Assembly (NCBI GenBank): GCA_023213395.1
Contig: CM041465.1
Location: 133,121,741-133,185,740, forward strand
Length of the DNA: 64,000 bases
Direction: 5' to 3'
Source of the DNA: Cycas panzhihuaensis
Lineage: Eukaryota > Plantae > Cycadophyta
Shown here: positions 48,272 to 62,429 of the stretch, piece by piece
Position numbering within the stretch: position 1 is the stretch's first letter
Layout: every line of letters begins with the position of its first letter
Translations under genes and position numbers: made by a program
Notes under the pieces: model-generated
What the model was told of the DNA's origin: nothing
Databases searched by the model: none
The model's input: the letters and a program-made list of their open reading frames with translations, nothing else

Positions 48272-51200
48272 TGTTGGGTGAAGGATCTAGTGCCACAATA
48301 TACTATACTAAAGCAATAGCATATAAGAAGAGAAAAATAGAGAGCAAAAATAAGAGGTGAGAATTATTACTCTCCCCTTTACATTTAGTCTTATATATTA
48401 GAGGATGTGCATTAGGGTTTCCAAAGGAGTTTTCTATCTAATGACATGATCCCGAAATTACACTTAAATATAAATAAACTTACATTTAACTATGTGACTT
48501 AGTTAACCTCAATTCACCTTTATCTAATTAATCTAATGACCTTGATACATTAACATCCATCAATCCCTCCCTTAATGGTAAAAGGTTATAATAATAAAAT
48601 CTATTATATGAGGTCTTTATTTGAGCCTCATTATTATATTAAAATTCTAAATGACACTTTTATGGGAAAACCCTTATGGGGAATAAAAACCCACAAACTT
48701 TTTAAGATCTATAGCCCCTTTTATAAATCAAAATAGCTATGGTGGCTCTTGATATAGCATGATAGCCAAGTAGCTTAAATGTGCAGCTTGATCTATTAAG
48801 TCTCTGTATACCATTTGGTCATCCCCCATGCCCTATTAGGTTTTCATAGGTTCTAATTTTTTAAGATTAGTATAACCCTTATCTTTTCATACCCGTAAGG
48901 GGTTTTTATAAATAGGATAGAGCAGAGACTTACTCTCATCCTTCTACACATACACAAGGGTTTTCATGAATGGGATAAAGTATGTTGATCTTGTCATCAT
49001 CTCCTTAAATCAATCAGAGATGGAGACTTGAAGGCCGAATTGCTTTCTGAATTATTCAAACTTCATCCTTTGTAGTGGTTTGGTAAAGATATTGTCCACT
49101 TGATCTACTATGGGGAAATATTCTAGTTGAATCATGTTATCTTGAACTAGTTCTTAAATCTTGTGAACTTTAGTACTGATATGTTTAGTCCTATTATTAA
49201 ATACATGATTCCTAGCCATGTGGATTATTGATTGATTAGTGGATTACTAATTGATTATCTACACAAAGGTTGGTAGGACTTGTTTAGGTAATATTCAATA
49301 TTTCAAATAATTTCCCAAGCTATATCACCTCCTTACTGGTCTCAGAAGCTATAATATATTTAGATTTGATAGTTAAATCAACAATTATCTTCTGTCATTT
49401 GGATCTCTATGATATTGATACTATTCCAAGAAACATTATGTACTTAAACGTGGATCTCCCTCTGTCTTTATCTCTGATAAAGTCTAATTCTATGTATGTA
49501 TATAGTTTGAACTCTAAAATAGATTCATACAATATACCACATTTGTTAGTCATCTTAAAGTACCTTAACACTAGCACTACTACCTGCCAATAATTATGCT
49601 TAGGATTTATCATCTAATAAGTAGGAATATTGATAGAGTGTGTAATATGAGGTCTTGTATTAGTAGTATAGATGTGACTACCTATAAGTTGTCTGTAAAG
49701 TGTTGTGTTTGCCTCTTACTCATTACCATTAACTGTTAGTTTAACATTGGGTTCTATTGGAGTGGTTATAGGTTAAGCATCTTCTAACTAAAACTTTGTT
49801 AGAAGACCATTGATGTACTTTTCTTAAGAAAGAAAGATTTTGCCATCTTTCTAAGTGGCTTTAATCCCCAAGTAGTATTTCATCAACCTAAGTTCAAATA
49901 GTTCAAACATTTTAGTTAAGTCCTTCCTTAATTGACTAATTACTTATTCATTGTTCCCTATTATAATCATATCATCTACAAAGATTAAGAGATAAGTAAC
50001 TTTATCTTTTTGGCATTTAATGAATAATGTTGCATCAATATCCTAGTAATCACAAACCTCATATTCAAGTTATCTTATTCCTTTTGACAACTTGGTGAAT
50101 TAAGCATAAGGAGCTTGTTTAAGGCCTTACAACGACTTTTTGAGCTTGCACACCTTATGCTCTTGACCAGTAATCTCAAATCTTTTAGGCTGAGCCATGT
50201 AGATTTCTTCTTCAAGATCACTATTGAGAAATGTAGTTTTCACATTGAGCTAGTAAATCTTCTAGCCTTGTTAAGCTATTAAGGTTACAAGAGTTATGAT
50301 TATGGGCCACTCGGTCATAGGTGTAAAGACTTTAGTGTAGTTGATGCCTTTCCTTTGTGTGAATCCCTTTGATACTAACCTCGCTTTATATTTTTCAATG
50401 GTATTATTAGATTTATATTTATTTTTATACACCTATTTATTTTGAACTACCTTTCTTCTAAGTGGTAGGTCGACGAGCTCCCATGTACTATTTTTGATGA
50501 GAGATTGATACTCTTCATTGATGGCATTCCTCCAAGCTATGGGTTTTATAGCTTCTTGATATGAGAGAGACTCTTCATTAAGATTAAGATGCAGTTCTGC
50601 TAGTTCTATCTCAATGGAAAGTGATTCCTACATTTTGGCTCTATAGGCACTTTGAGTGCCAATTTTTTCCACCTCATCAGGTCATATATCCTTATTCAAC
50701 TGGTGGACTTCATAAGAACCTCGAGTTGGGAATGAGGTCTTTATTTCTCCAATTACATGGTCTTTGTTTGGATCTTTAAAAGGATTATTTTACATATTTA
50801 TTAAGAAAGATGTTGACGCATTTGTAAAGCATGGTCCATCTACAACTACTTTGCCTTTGTTAACTCTATTGTTCTTGAATGGTGGTGCATGATGTGCACT
50901 CATTGGTTCATAGTCATAGCTACTATCCTCCTTGGCTCATTGTTAGATTCCAATAATTTGAGTAACTCTTAAGTGTCTCCCCTCCTAATTTTAGAATTTG
51001 TACATCATATTGAGTAGCATCATAGTAATAGTAATTTGGTGTTTTGGAGTCTAATTATAATAATTGATGATTTATTTTAGCAACCACCATGTCTCTAGTA
51101 ATGATAATCTTCCACTATGAAGGTATAAAGACCTTGAACTCTTTCTTGTGCATAGGGTATCCAACAAAGATGCCTTTAAGTGCCCTGGTATAGAGTTTAT

Positions 51201-54200
51201 TTCTATCTACATCTAGTATATGGGTATAAAGCATTGAGATAAACATTCTAAAGTGGTAAGCAATGGGGGCCTATCCAGTCTACTTTTTATCAGGAGAAGT
51301 TCCTCCTTTAGATAGGTTGATTGTATTAATATAATAAATAGTTGTTCAAATTACTTCTACCTATAAGTAAGTAGGTATATTTTTATAAACCAACATAACT
51401 CAAGCTATATTCATAATAGACCTATTCATGCGCTTGACAACTCTATTATGTTGGGGGATACCTACTATTATAGTGTGATGCTTGATGTTGTTATCTCGTA
51501 GGTAGGTTTTAAACTTAGTAGAGGTATATTCTCCACCATTATTTGTTCAGAGATATTTAATCTGATAATCCAGCTCCTTTTTGGTGTGAGCTTTAAAAAC
51601 TTTAAAGACACCAAATACCTCATCTTTCCTGGTCAGAAAAGCCACCCATAATTTCTTAGTAAAACCATTAATGAAGGACATGTAATTTAATTTCTACTTC
51701 AATGCTAGAATGGACATTAGTCTATATAGATCAAAGTGTAGTAATTGAAGAGGATGACTTAATTTCTACTAACTATCAGCAAAGGGCTATTTATGAGATT
51801 TGACTATAATATGGGCTTCATATTTAAAGGGTTTAGAGGAGAACTTGGATAGACCTAGAAGGGTGTGACAAAAGATCTCTATGCCAATTCATATAAACAT
51901 TGCCTATGTAAGCATGTCAAAGAGCTTTTGGGGATAGTTTAGGGTGTGTCAAAGTGGTATTAAAATTAAAGTCTTCGTCGACATAAGGACTTTGAGCATA
52001 ATTAGCTTCAAAAGATGGAGAGTCATTCAATCTAAATAATTTACTAGTAAGCACTCTAGTTAATACCACTCAATTTGTTAGAGGGTGAATGACTTAGAGA
52101 GTTTGGCTATTTGCAGTAACACTAAGATCAAATCCATAGGAGATAAGAGTGGATAAGGAGAGTAGGTTTTGTTTCATATTAGAAATGTACATGACATCAA
52201 GTAATGTAAAGTTTCTTAAGCCTAGGAGTTTCAGGTGTATATTTCTAATACTTTCAACCAATTGTTGGAATTTATTAGCCATGTGAATGATACCATATAC
52301 ATTGGAATCAAAAGTTTGATATAGATCCTAACTATAGGTCACATGTTATGTCGTTCCTGCATCCATGATCCATGAGGAGGTGTTTGAAGTTATGCTATTT
52401 GTAACTCCAAGAGGGGTTTACATTGGTGATTCAAGATCACAAGAGGCATAGCCACAATGAGCTTCAAAATACCTCTTAGTTTGATCAATAGTTCTTCTCT
52501 TAAGTCTTTGAATATGTACTTGAGAAAAACCTACGCCACCAAACTATTCTTCACATGTTTCATCAACATTGTGAATCTTGTATTTCTGTTGAAACATAAG
52601 AACCTTGAGGACTTTTTAGGCTATATTATGTTGTTCTTCATTGATTAGATTATACAGGGAGTGATCAGTCACTAATAGAATACCTGCATAAATCTTCTCA
52701 TTATTAATTTCCCATTGTAATTTAGCTATATCTTTACTAGAGCTACATGTGATGTTCCTCCTGAGATAGGTGTTGTTGCTATCACAGGGATGATAGGTAT
52801 AAGCTATAGATAGGCTATCCAAAGGCCTTTATACTTAGCAATGTTCTTAACTCCAATATACCATAGATCCTAATTGTCTTTCCTTTTCAAAATGTAGTTT
52901 ACATTTTGCTTAAACTGAAAAGATAGTGAAGATGATGGAGTAAAAGAGATAGTGAAGAAATAATAAATAAAAATACCATTAACATGTGATTGAGACACCT
53001 AGCATAATAAGGGGAATATGATTAAATAACAAATAAATGATAATAGGCCACTAATACTTGTGGTAAATACTCTTGATATAGTAGGGTTTGGTGATGTGTA
53101 TAAATGGTAATATAAGGATCATAAAGATAAATAATGTGTCATGTGATCATATGATAAAGATTATGACCAGATAGAATCCAATATATGGGTGCACATAACT
53201 AAAAACCAAGTGTAATGTAGGATGTATGATTAAACCCAAACCTCTATCTCAAGTCTAAAGTAGTTGAGGTGTTAATGCCTAAGGGGGATTCTAGTATATG
53301 TATTAAGGCCTTCACTCACAATACCCACACTGTTGCTGAGACAACATAGAGCCCAAGTACCACTAGTCCTCACCCTATTTACTGATGAGTAGTGATAAAC
53401 CTAACATCAAAAGGTGGTATATGTATATCCTATGGCTATGATAGATGTTGGACCTACTATATTTTAATCTTAATTAGAGTTTTTAGTTTTCCTAGGTGGT
53501 TATCAAGATTATCCATGATTAGAGACTGTAGGTATGGCTAACCTATCCCTCAATTACTATTTTAGTTAAGACTAGACCTGGTGTAAAACCCATACCTCCT
53601 TTAGGGCTTGGATTTGGGCCAATTGTGATCTATTTCAACTAAGACAAGTGTGTACATAGGTTAAGAACTAGTAGTATAAGATGTACAAATGAGATTCCTT
53701 TTAGGAAAGAGTGTAAGTTGTTCTCAAATAACTTGAACTTGAACTTAAACTTAAAAACTAAAATAGAAAGATGTTAAATGCTTTTCTACCTTCTGTGCTT
53801 ACTTGTTATTGTTGCTACTTTATATGTTTATATTATTCTATATGTGGAAATAGAAAGAGTATGCAAGATTTAGTAGGGGAACTAGATGTTACTTCTAATC
53901 TTAGGTTTCCTTGCTTTAGTACAATGTTTCTAAATGTAAGTTTAGAAATTTTAATACAAAATCCGTAAAGACCCAAAAGATAAATCAACTTGCCAACAAA
54001 ATGATGACTTTTCTAAATCTAAAAGTTTGTTAATTTATCCTATTTTGTGATTTTGTTTTACAAAATTTATAAATAATAATAAATAGGCAAAATTTTATAA
54101 AAATTACAAATATGAAGGCCTAGATGATAAAATCTAAATTTATGATAAAAGAAAAAAAATATTCTAAATGATGTTTTTGATAAGATAGTGAAGTCATAGT

Positions 54201-55397
54201 TTTGAAAAGCCATATTTTTTTTTTTACTAGAAAAAAATATAAAAGCAAAATTTTGCCAGATTCACTATCTCATAATCCAAACTTTAGTATGTTAAAATAT
54301 TTATCTTGATGTGTACATCAACTTTTCCTTCTATAACAACTTAAAAAATAGCCAAGAAATTGCCTGAAACATACTCGAAACATTTTTTATGGGGTTGAAT
54401 AGGTAGATTTAACATTTGTCAGAAAACTATAAAATTCTCATCAACCAGTGGATGAAATTTGATGAAATCAGTCTCAAAATCCTCCTAAGAAATAAATCTA
54501 CTAAAGCCCTTGAAAAAATTTTAGATTATCAGCTCAAATTTAAAGAATTTCATTGAGGAAAGCGCCCTAGGTTATTCATCTGTGAATTTAGATATTTAAA
54601 AAAAGGAATCTACTTAATACTCACTGAAATTTAGTGAGACTATATCCAAAATGGATGCTTTTCCTAGATCTACTAAAACCCTAACAAAATTTTAGCAAAA
54701 ATTAATTAAATATAATAAAATTAATAGTCGATCATCTATATGGATAAAAATTGAGTTTGAGCTAAAACTAGCTATTACAAGTTGAATCTAAAGTTTTTAT
54801 AGAAGATAAAATTTCTCCTCTTAGATGGGTGACTCTACATGTCAAATTTCATTAAAATCCAAGACTATAAAAAATTTCACAAAATTTTGGCCTTCAATGC
54901 AGTTTGGAGTTGTTTCAGTAGTTAAACAACTTCAAAAATTAATCTTTTTTACTTGTACAATTCTACACACATAGCAAATGTAGCAACATATAAAATAATA
55001 AAATTTGAAGCTCTCTAATACAAAATAAAGTTCTAAAATGAGCCCTTAACCTCATATGAATTGTGAGTGAGAGGCATCAATGTCTCCATGCAATCCTAGT
55101 AAGGAAATATAGTCAACAATGACTCTGATACCAGTTGTTGGGTGAAGGATCTAGTGCCACAATCTACTACACTAAAGTAATAACACACAAGAAGAGTAAA
55201 ATAGAGAGAACAAGATTAAGAGCAAAAAGTGAGAGGTGAGATTATTACTCTCCCCTTCATATTCAGTCTTATATATCAGAGGATATGCATTAGGGTTTCT
55301 AAAGGAGTTTCTTACCTAATGACATGTTCCTAAAATTACACTTAAATGTAAATGAAACTATATTTAACTATGTGACTTATCTAACTTAAAGTCACCT
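48272..55397 (-). mobile_element. Ty1/copia element D (degenerate; 5' LTR truncated)
   Basis: LTRs 48272-48562 and 55136-~55397; PBS TGGTATCAGAG (55123-55133); PPT 48563-48573. QVDNIFTKP (~49080-49100), LIFVDDMI (~49965-49990), GLKQAP (~50110-50130), NNGGEY (~51525-51545), WIMDAGT (~52352-52372). Confidence 0.88.
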
Positions 55398-58300
55398 CTC
55401 CTCTATTTTTTTCTCTACTTTATATGGAAATTTTCTAATTTATTAAATCATATATTTATAATAGAAAAAGGGATATCCCTCTTACAAGACCTCATTCCTT
55501 CTCTCTCCATCTCTAAAGTTGTCTTACAAGCAACATTTCTATCCTTTATTATCCTTCTAATTTACCCTTATGTATTACTTTATATGTTATTTATCTATGC
55601 CCTTGTCAAAATCCCTTTCTAAAAAAGAATACCTAGACCTCATTTCCTCTTTATTATTTATTATCCCCTTATTCCCTAAGCTTACTCATAGATCCTATCT
55701 TACCTACCCTTCAATATCCACACCACCAATAATAATTCCCACATATTCCCTTCATTAATCCTCATCACTTGTCTATATGAGTTCTTTATTGACTCCTTTT
55801 ATTCACACTCCTTATCCTCCTATTAATCCCTTATATATACCACTCCCAAGCTTCACTCCTAATATAATTTATTACTATCCCTATTCCCTTTAGTGTCTCA
55901 TATTTATAATGTATATATATATTTCCCTCATGATTGCCATACCCATGTTATTTCTTAATCTCATTAGTACCCTATACCACTCCTACCCCCTTTTCACACC
56001 TATACCTTAATATATGCTCCATATGTCTATATTTTCTCTCTCTATAAAATGTTAATTACTTCCCTTGTCATCCCCACATTGATCTTTATCTCTTGTATTT
56101 CTCTTTCTTATCTATACAAATCTCACAATACTTTATCCATCTATTACATAGGCAACCTAACCGCGTATGACCTATCAACTAGCACATATGACTACTTGAC
56201 ATATAGGTAGTGCTAGCCCTTAATATATGTACAAGTCATTTATTCCTACTAATGATAGTCTTGTAGAGAGGATACTTTTGTTTATAAAATCCTCACAATA
56301 ATAGATTAGGTTTATCAAATATATGTGATTTTATATATTAGCATGTTGTGATATCGCTTTGATTCACTTTGGTTATTTTAGTCTATAATTAATTCTCATT
56401 TAATAATAAAGATTGTGCCCTTTATGTTACTTCTGGTAAAATTTGTGGTGATTATTAGGACTAAATTTTCCTAAGTGGTATTATATCCATATTTATGATC
56501 AAGTTTGAGGGATTGAGAAGATGTAAATATGAGAAAGGAGCCAAAAAATTTGTATTTTTTTCCATGATAAGAAACTTCATAACCCTCTCCCATATTTCAT
56601 TTTATTTTTTATTATTATGGTTCTATAAGTGATGTTTTGTAATATACTATAATCAAGTAGCAATCCATCCCACTTATTTTTCTTAGTGGTTAGCTAGAGA
56701 CCATGTATCAAGGATCTATAAATATCATAGGGAAGTATCATTCTTAGCCAAGTATATTTAGGCATATGTTAGTATATAAAGTGAATAAGATCACACTACT
56801 CACATAGGCCTCAAATAATACTTGGCTATGAAAGTAATCCTTTATTATGTTTAGATATATAAGAGGACCTCTTTAGGCTTCCTTTATATACCTAAATTAG
56901 AAAAAATATTGGCTATAAAAAATCTATAGTGTAATAGTTAATAGTTAGCACCATGAAGTTACCCTTCATGAACACTAATTCTGTGTTTCAGGCTAAACCA
57001 CCTATTAGATCTATGTGAAAGTAAAACTAATCATGAGATGTCTCAAGGGTGGACCTTTCAACCAACATCTATAAAGAAGTCCCTTTACTTATTTGGTTAA
57101 ATAAAAATAGATAAATTAAATAAACCTACAAATTAAACTACTTCACACATGCACAATAAAATCCAACCAAAGTCCAATCATGTATAAGTACTCAAATTAA
57201 TCAAACAAGTCAAACAAAATCCCTCTTAACTTTAAGGAGGTTATAAGTAACCTTTCAATAGTTGGAAGGATTATTAGGGGTCCTTGCCCCAAACTAAAGA
57301 TCTTATGCTTCCCCTGTTTCTACCCCAAAATCCTTCTTATGGATAAAACTCTAACCTAGACCTCTATTCCCATCTAAAAAGGAGTAATCTACATTACACT
57401 AGCTATAGATCAGGAGGATTAACAAATGCAGGGATCTAGGAGAGATAAAACTCTAGATTAATGACCCTATTATGGGTCAACCACTAGGGATTCTCTCACC
57501 TGATGATGATCCATTCATGAGAATGATTGCCTCAGAGATGTTCATGTTTGATTCTAATGAGTTCCCATACTTAGAGGTGAAGTTAGAAGGAGGAAGCTAC
57601 TCTCAACCTAAAGGATAATGTCAAGCCACCTTCTTTAGTATTTGAAACATTATTGAAAAGAAAATAATGTCATTGAAGGAGTACTTTTATGCCAAGGATG
57701 TCAGATCCTGGTCAATTTAAAGACTCCTAATGATAAGACATATTTGTCTTTAGGAGAGGATAAGGTTGTATACTAGGGATGCCAAATGCTAAGTGATAAA
57801 GTAAGTCCTAAATAAGGGGATGGGATTTATCCTAGGAGGGCCAAATAAGAATAATCTGCACCTACATGCAAGTTTAGCATATAATTTAAGATTAAATGAA
57901 AACAATAATTATGCACATAATACAACAATCAAATCATGTATAAATGGATGTAATTCCTTTCTTTTTTTTTTCTTATTTCCCTTAAATGGATTGTAAAAGA
58001 AAGAAACTAAGAACACAAGCTAAAAATGAATCTAAGTTCTTTCATTGCACTTATAGTTATCCAAATTGCTATTTACTTCTTTTATGACCTACTTAATATA
58101 AAATGAAAGAATATGATAATTTAAGAAACATACAATCACAAATTTTGATTTCAAATCAAACATTCACTTCTTATCTTTCCTTTTCATGAGTAAATAAGTA
58201 AGAGAGATTAATCATCAATTTAATAAGTGAAAGCTCATTCCCTTTTCTTTTCCTTTTTCTTTGTTTTTGTAAATATAAGGATAGAAAGGAAAGTTTCCAA

Positions 58301-59090
58301 AAGATGAAGATAAAATAAGTCCCTTATAATGGAACTATGAAGTAATATATTCACACTCTTTTGATTACAACCACTTTAGAATGAAGTAAATTGATCAAAT
58401 AAGCAATATCATTTGATATTAAAGCCACCATATTTAAGAGAAAAATCTGAAAGCAACTTTGGAAATATACCAAAAATTTGGTAGCATTTTTACTATATAT
58501 GAAAAATTTTGATAACAAAGGAATGCCTCAAGTTGCCTAAAACTTTATGAAAGAGAATAAGAATACCTAATTAATCAAAATCCACCTTACTTACCATTCA
58601 TCTCTCCATAAAGAATTAGCTTAGTTTGTTTAACCCTTTCTTGGGACTAACTTCATTGTAGATTATGAATAAGAATAAGAGAAGGGTAAAATGATGATTT
58701 AGCTTGATGATAGTCAATATAATAGATTGAAACTAGTTCAATACTATAAAATAACCCTTTTCAATGTTTTTAATAATGAAAGATGAGATGGAGATCAAAA
58801 TTTATTTATAGAAAATGAAAACCTTTTTTTAATTCAAATTAAGCTAAAGCAAACTACTCTAATTAATAAAATAAACACCAAATTACAAAGAAAGATACTT
58901 CAAATCTAAGAAAAATATATGTAATATGCCTAAGATTAAAGCCATGTTCCTATCTAATATGTTGTAAAAAGAGCTCCAAGCACTATAAGAATGAGAAACT
59001 TAAGAGTAGTAGAAGTTATAAGAGAGAAGAATATAGTTAAAGAACTAGTGCAATCTAAGAGAAGAAGACCTAGTAGGTGGGTGGAGGGGT

Positions 59091-60195
59091 TGTTGGAAGA
59101 TAATGTTTAATATAATGGTGTTTCAAGTGTCTCTAAATTTAAAGAGTTTATAATTGCTTTATCAAGCTTAAGTTTGTCTTCAAATGCAGTAGTTTCCATG
59201 GCAACATTTCATATTTATGTATATTTTGGATAATTATATTAGGAACCTATATTTCCTCTATTATTTATACAACAAACTATAGTTATTATTGCTATTATAG
59301 TAGCTATGTTTGATAGTTTTACAGATATATTTCTTATACTACATTTTATTTCAACATATACCAGATGTAAATATAATATCTTTGGATTTGGAGGTATAAC
59401 AAATTTGTCATTCTTATTGTCTTTTATCATGATATTTATTAAGTTTGGAGGCACAATTAATTTTCCCTCCATATCACCATTAGTAATGGAGTTTTTCTTC
59501 TTTTTGTGGAAAATGGTATGAATGTCACTTCCTTATGTGTTGATATCTTCTTTGTAGTTAGTATTCTATTCAATGAGTATAACATCACTTATATTTTTTT
59601 GGTATATAGTAGTATAGATAATATTCATATTCAATAGAATGTCTAGCTTTATAGTATCTATATGGTGTGATAGTTCGACCCACTCTTGGGATATGCGTCA
59701 GATAAAGATCTACTCTATGTTGATAAACCATATATGCAAAGGCATTACATAAGCACTTAGTGGACACAATGGCTAGTGATCTAGTGGATTGTGATATCTT
59801 TATTAGTGTCATTTTATTTGATATATTTTTTATTGTAAAAATTAAACATTATGGGGGGATGTTAGAAGATAGTGTTTAATTTTGGGTTAGATGTTTAATA
59901 TTTTAAGTTAAGAGTCCTATTGTCACAGTTTGGGATTAGTCACAATTTAATGTTGTAAACTCTAAGAGTATAGGGTCTATTATGCACCTACTATTTGTAA
60001 CACATTTGTGTGTTGATCATATAAGGTGCCATATGTCACCTTGCATGTTCAACCCTTCACATTCTTATATTTTACAATGGATTAAGGTTATTATTATATG
60101 TACACACTTATATAAAATATAATTAATAAGATTTATATTAATTTTATCATTATTTATTTTTATTTCTAGCATATTAAATGTGTACAATTTCAATA
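59091..60195 (+). mobile_element. Small copia remnant (LTR start, RNase H fragment, PPT, 3' LTR)
   Basis: tgttggaagataatgtttaat (59091) is repeated as tgttagaagatagtgtttaat (59860) after PPT GGGGGGA; IWCDSS motif ~59660; flanking GGGT on both sides. Confidence 0.55.
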
Positions 60196-61534
60196 GGGTG
60201 AATGTAAGAACTGAGAAACAATTGAGCTAAACATGGTCACACAAATTTTCTACCAAAGTTCATAAGCTTCCAAGAAGATGGCTTCTAATCTACTTTAATT
60301 AACAATAGATCATTAGCAAGGAGTTCTGGAAAAATTTTGGTAGCACTTCATTACATAAAAACTCTCCTCTCTCTTTTAAAAATGCATAGGGATTTACATA
60401 ATAAGAGAGGGAGGAGGATCAATGAGAAAACCATGGATTTTACCTATAGTCTAGTCGACTTTGCTCAATAAAATCTTGCATAGAAGAAGGTAAGATAATC
60501 ATGGATTAGGTAGGGCAGGTGGGGTGGTGCCAAGCTATGAATTTAGGTAGAAATTAGATCAAAATAAGTGAGAAAATTGTGTTCTATTTTTTAATTTACA
60601 AATATGATAGTGAAAAATATAACAAAAAACTAAAAAGATGATAATATATATAAAACATAAAATGTGGTAAGTTATCACATTTTTGTTATTGGTAAAACTA
60701 TAATAAAATAGGGACGCCAAAAAAGACAGAAATAAAGAATAAAAATTGACAAAACAAACTTGTTGGGCCCTCTAAAAGTAATAATGGCTTTAATAAAGAT
60801 TAGATTATGATGAGAAAATACCAAAAAGTGGTAGAAATGAGACTAAGATCAATTGTAATACTTGTTAGTATTGAAAAAGAAATGATAAAAAATGGAATAC
60901 TTGAAGAAGTCTTATGAACCATATTAGACAGGAGCATTAAATTGTATTGTAGTATTAATAATCGATAAATAAAGATCATCACAATCATATATATTTAATA
61001 ATCTAATTGGTAATCCTTCAACTCTTGTAACTTAAAACAAAGTGATATACACATAATCACATTCTAAATAAAGCTTTTCAAATCAAATAATCAACCAAAG
61101 TAGATTTGAGAACTAAACTGCTAACCAAGTGATATTGATTTAATAAATACAAATTATAACTATTAAATAACTTGAGTAAACAAATCAAGACATAAACCTA
61201 ACTATTCCAAAATGGTTGATTATGATGGAATATTTATCCCCTTATCACTAGAAGCTCTCGCTAATGGAAGAGAGCAAGATGATGAATGGTGGAAACTTGA
61301 CTTATAGGACTAAATGAAGTTCAAATTTAAATGTCTTAAGTTCATTTCTTAAGCTACAAGCAAAGGTCAAATTGGATGATGAGTCTCTAATATGTGAAAG
61401 TGGCAAAAGGAGTCCCATAAGAATGGAATAGGTATAGCTTGAGAAAGCCCTTTATGTAGTTATATTTTGAACTCAAACTTGATATCAAATTGCCCAACAT
61501 ATTAATAAGGCTTTCAAAGAGATGTTTATTATAG

Positions 61535-61965
61535 TTTATCTTCTTTAATAACTATTTTTAGAGGTGTGCCTACTATAGTTTCACCTTATTAATAATGCTT
61601 CATAGGAGTGGCTTGCATAGTTTAACCTCATTAGTAGCTCTTCAAAGGTATAACTACCATAGTTTAATCTCATTAATAGTTCTTCAAAGGTTTGGTCACT
61701 ATAGTTTAACCACATTAATAAAGCTTTGGAGGTGTGGTCACCATAGTTTAACCTCTTTAGTAATCACAACATATCTCTTGAGTGAGTTAGACTATATAGT
61801 CTTAGAGGGTTATACCCATCACAAGTATGTAATAGGGACTACCCTAGTTTTAGGCTCTTTTACATGTGGATTTTTGAAGTTATAGTTTACCCTCATTATG
61901 GAGTGTTTAGTTAGCTTATACTCATTATAAAGTATCTATTAGTTTATACTCTTTATGGAGTGTTT
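61535..61965 (+). repeat. Tandem arrays: ~42-bp unit (5-6 copies) then ~29-bp unit (3 copies)
   Basis: catagtttaacctcattaatag.tcttcaaaggt.tggtcac unit; 14-aa periodicity in ORF 61595-61885; agtttatactcattatggagtgttt unit at ~61885-61965. Confidence 0.75.
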
Positions 61966-62429
61966 CCTTCAACTTAGAGTGATGAAGCTAAAAGTGTTAC
62001 TACTCTAGAATATAAGCTATTAGAGAGTTAGTTTTTATATTTTGACTATGTGAGATATGCTCGATGGTAACAAATGAGAAATAGGATAATAACATCAAAG
62101 CCTAAGCATGAATAGAGTGTAAATGGGGTGAATGAATATGATAGGTATTAACAAGTTGAAAGACTACAACTTGGGACTCAGAAAAGAGATTAATAGGTCC
62201 ATCATAGAATTGTAAGACATGAGTTAACACTCTTATGAAAGTAAAATACTTAGCTTTATTGTTGGTTACTTAAGGTAGAAACATATCAATAAAGGTTAAC
62301 ATGTTACCTATTTAGTCACAAACAACCCATGCAACATCAAATGGCCATGGGTTGCATTAACTGCCTCTAATAGAATATGTGTTTAATGCCATGATAAGAA
62401 AGAAATCAAACTTAGAGACAAAATGATAG

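Noticed and set aside
57400-57720. Slightly GC-richer stretch that looks like a coding fragment
   Set aside because: Stops in frame and no recognisable motif; cannot assign
61595-61885. Periodic Leu-rich ORF resembling an LRR, or a CRISPR-like array
   Set aside because: DNA tandem repeat with no unique spacers, no cas genes, eukaryotic context and no LRR consensus
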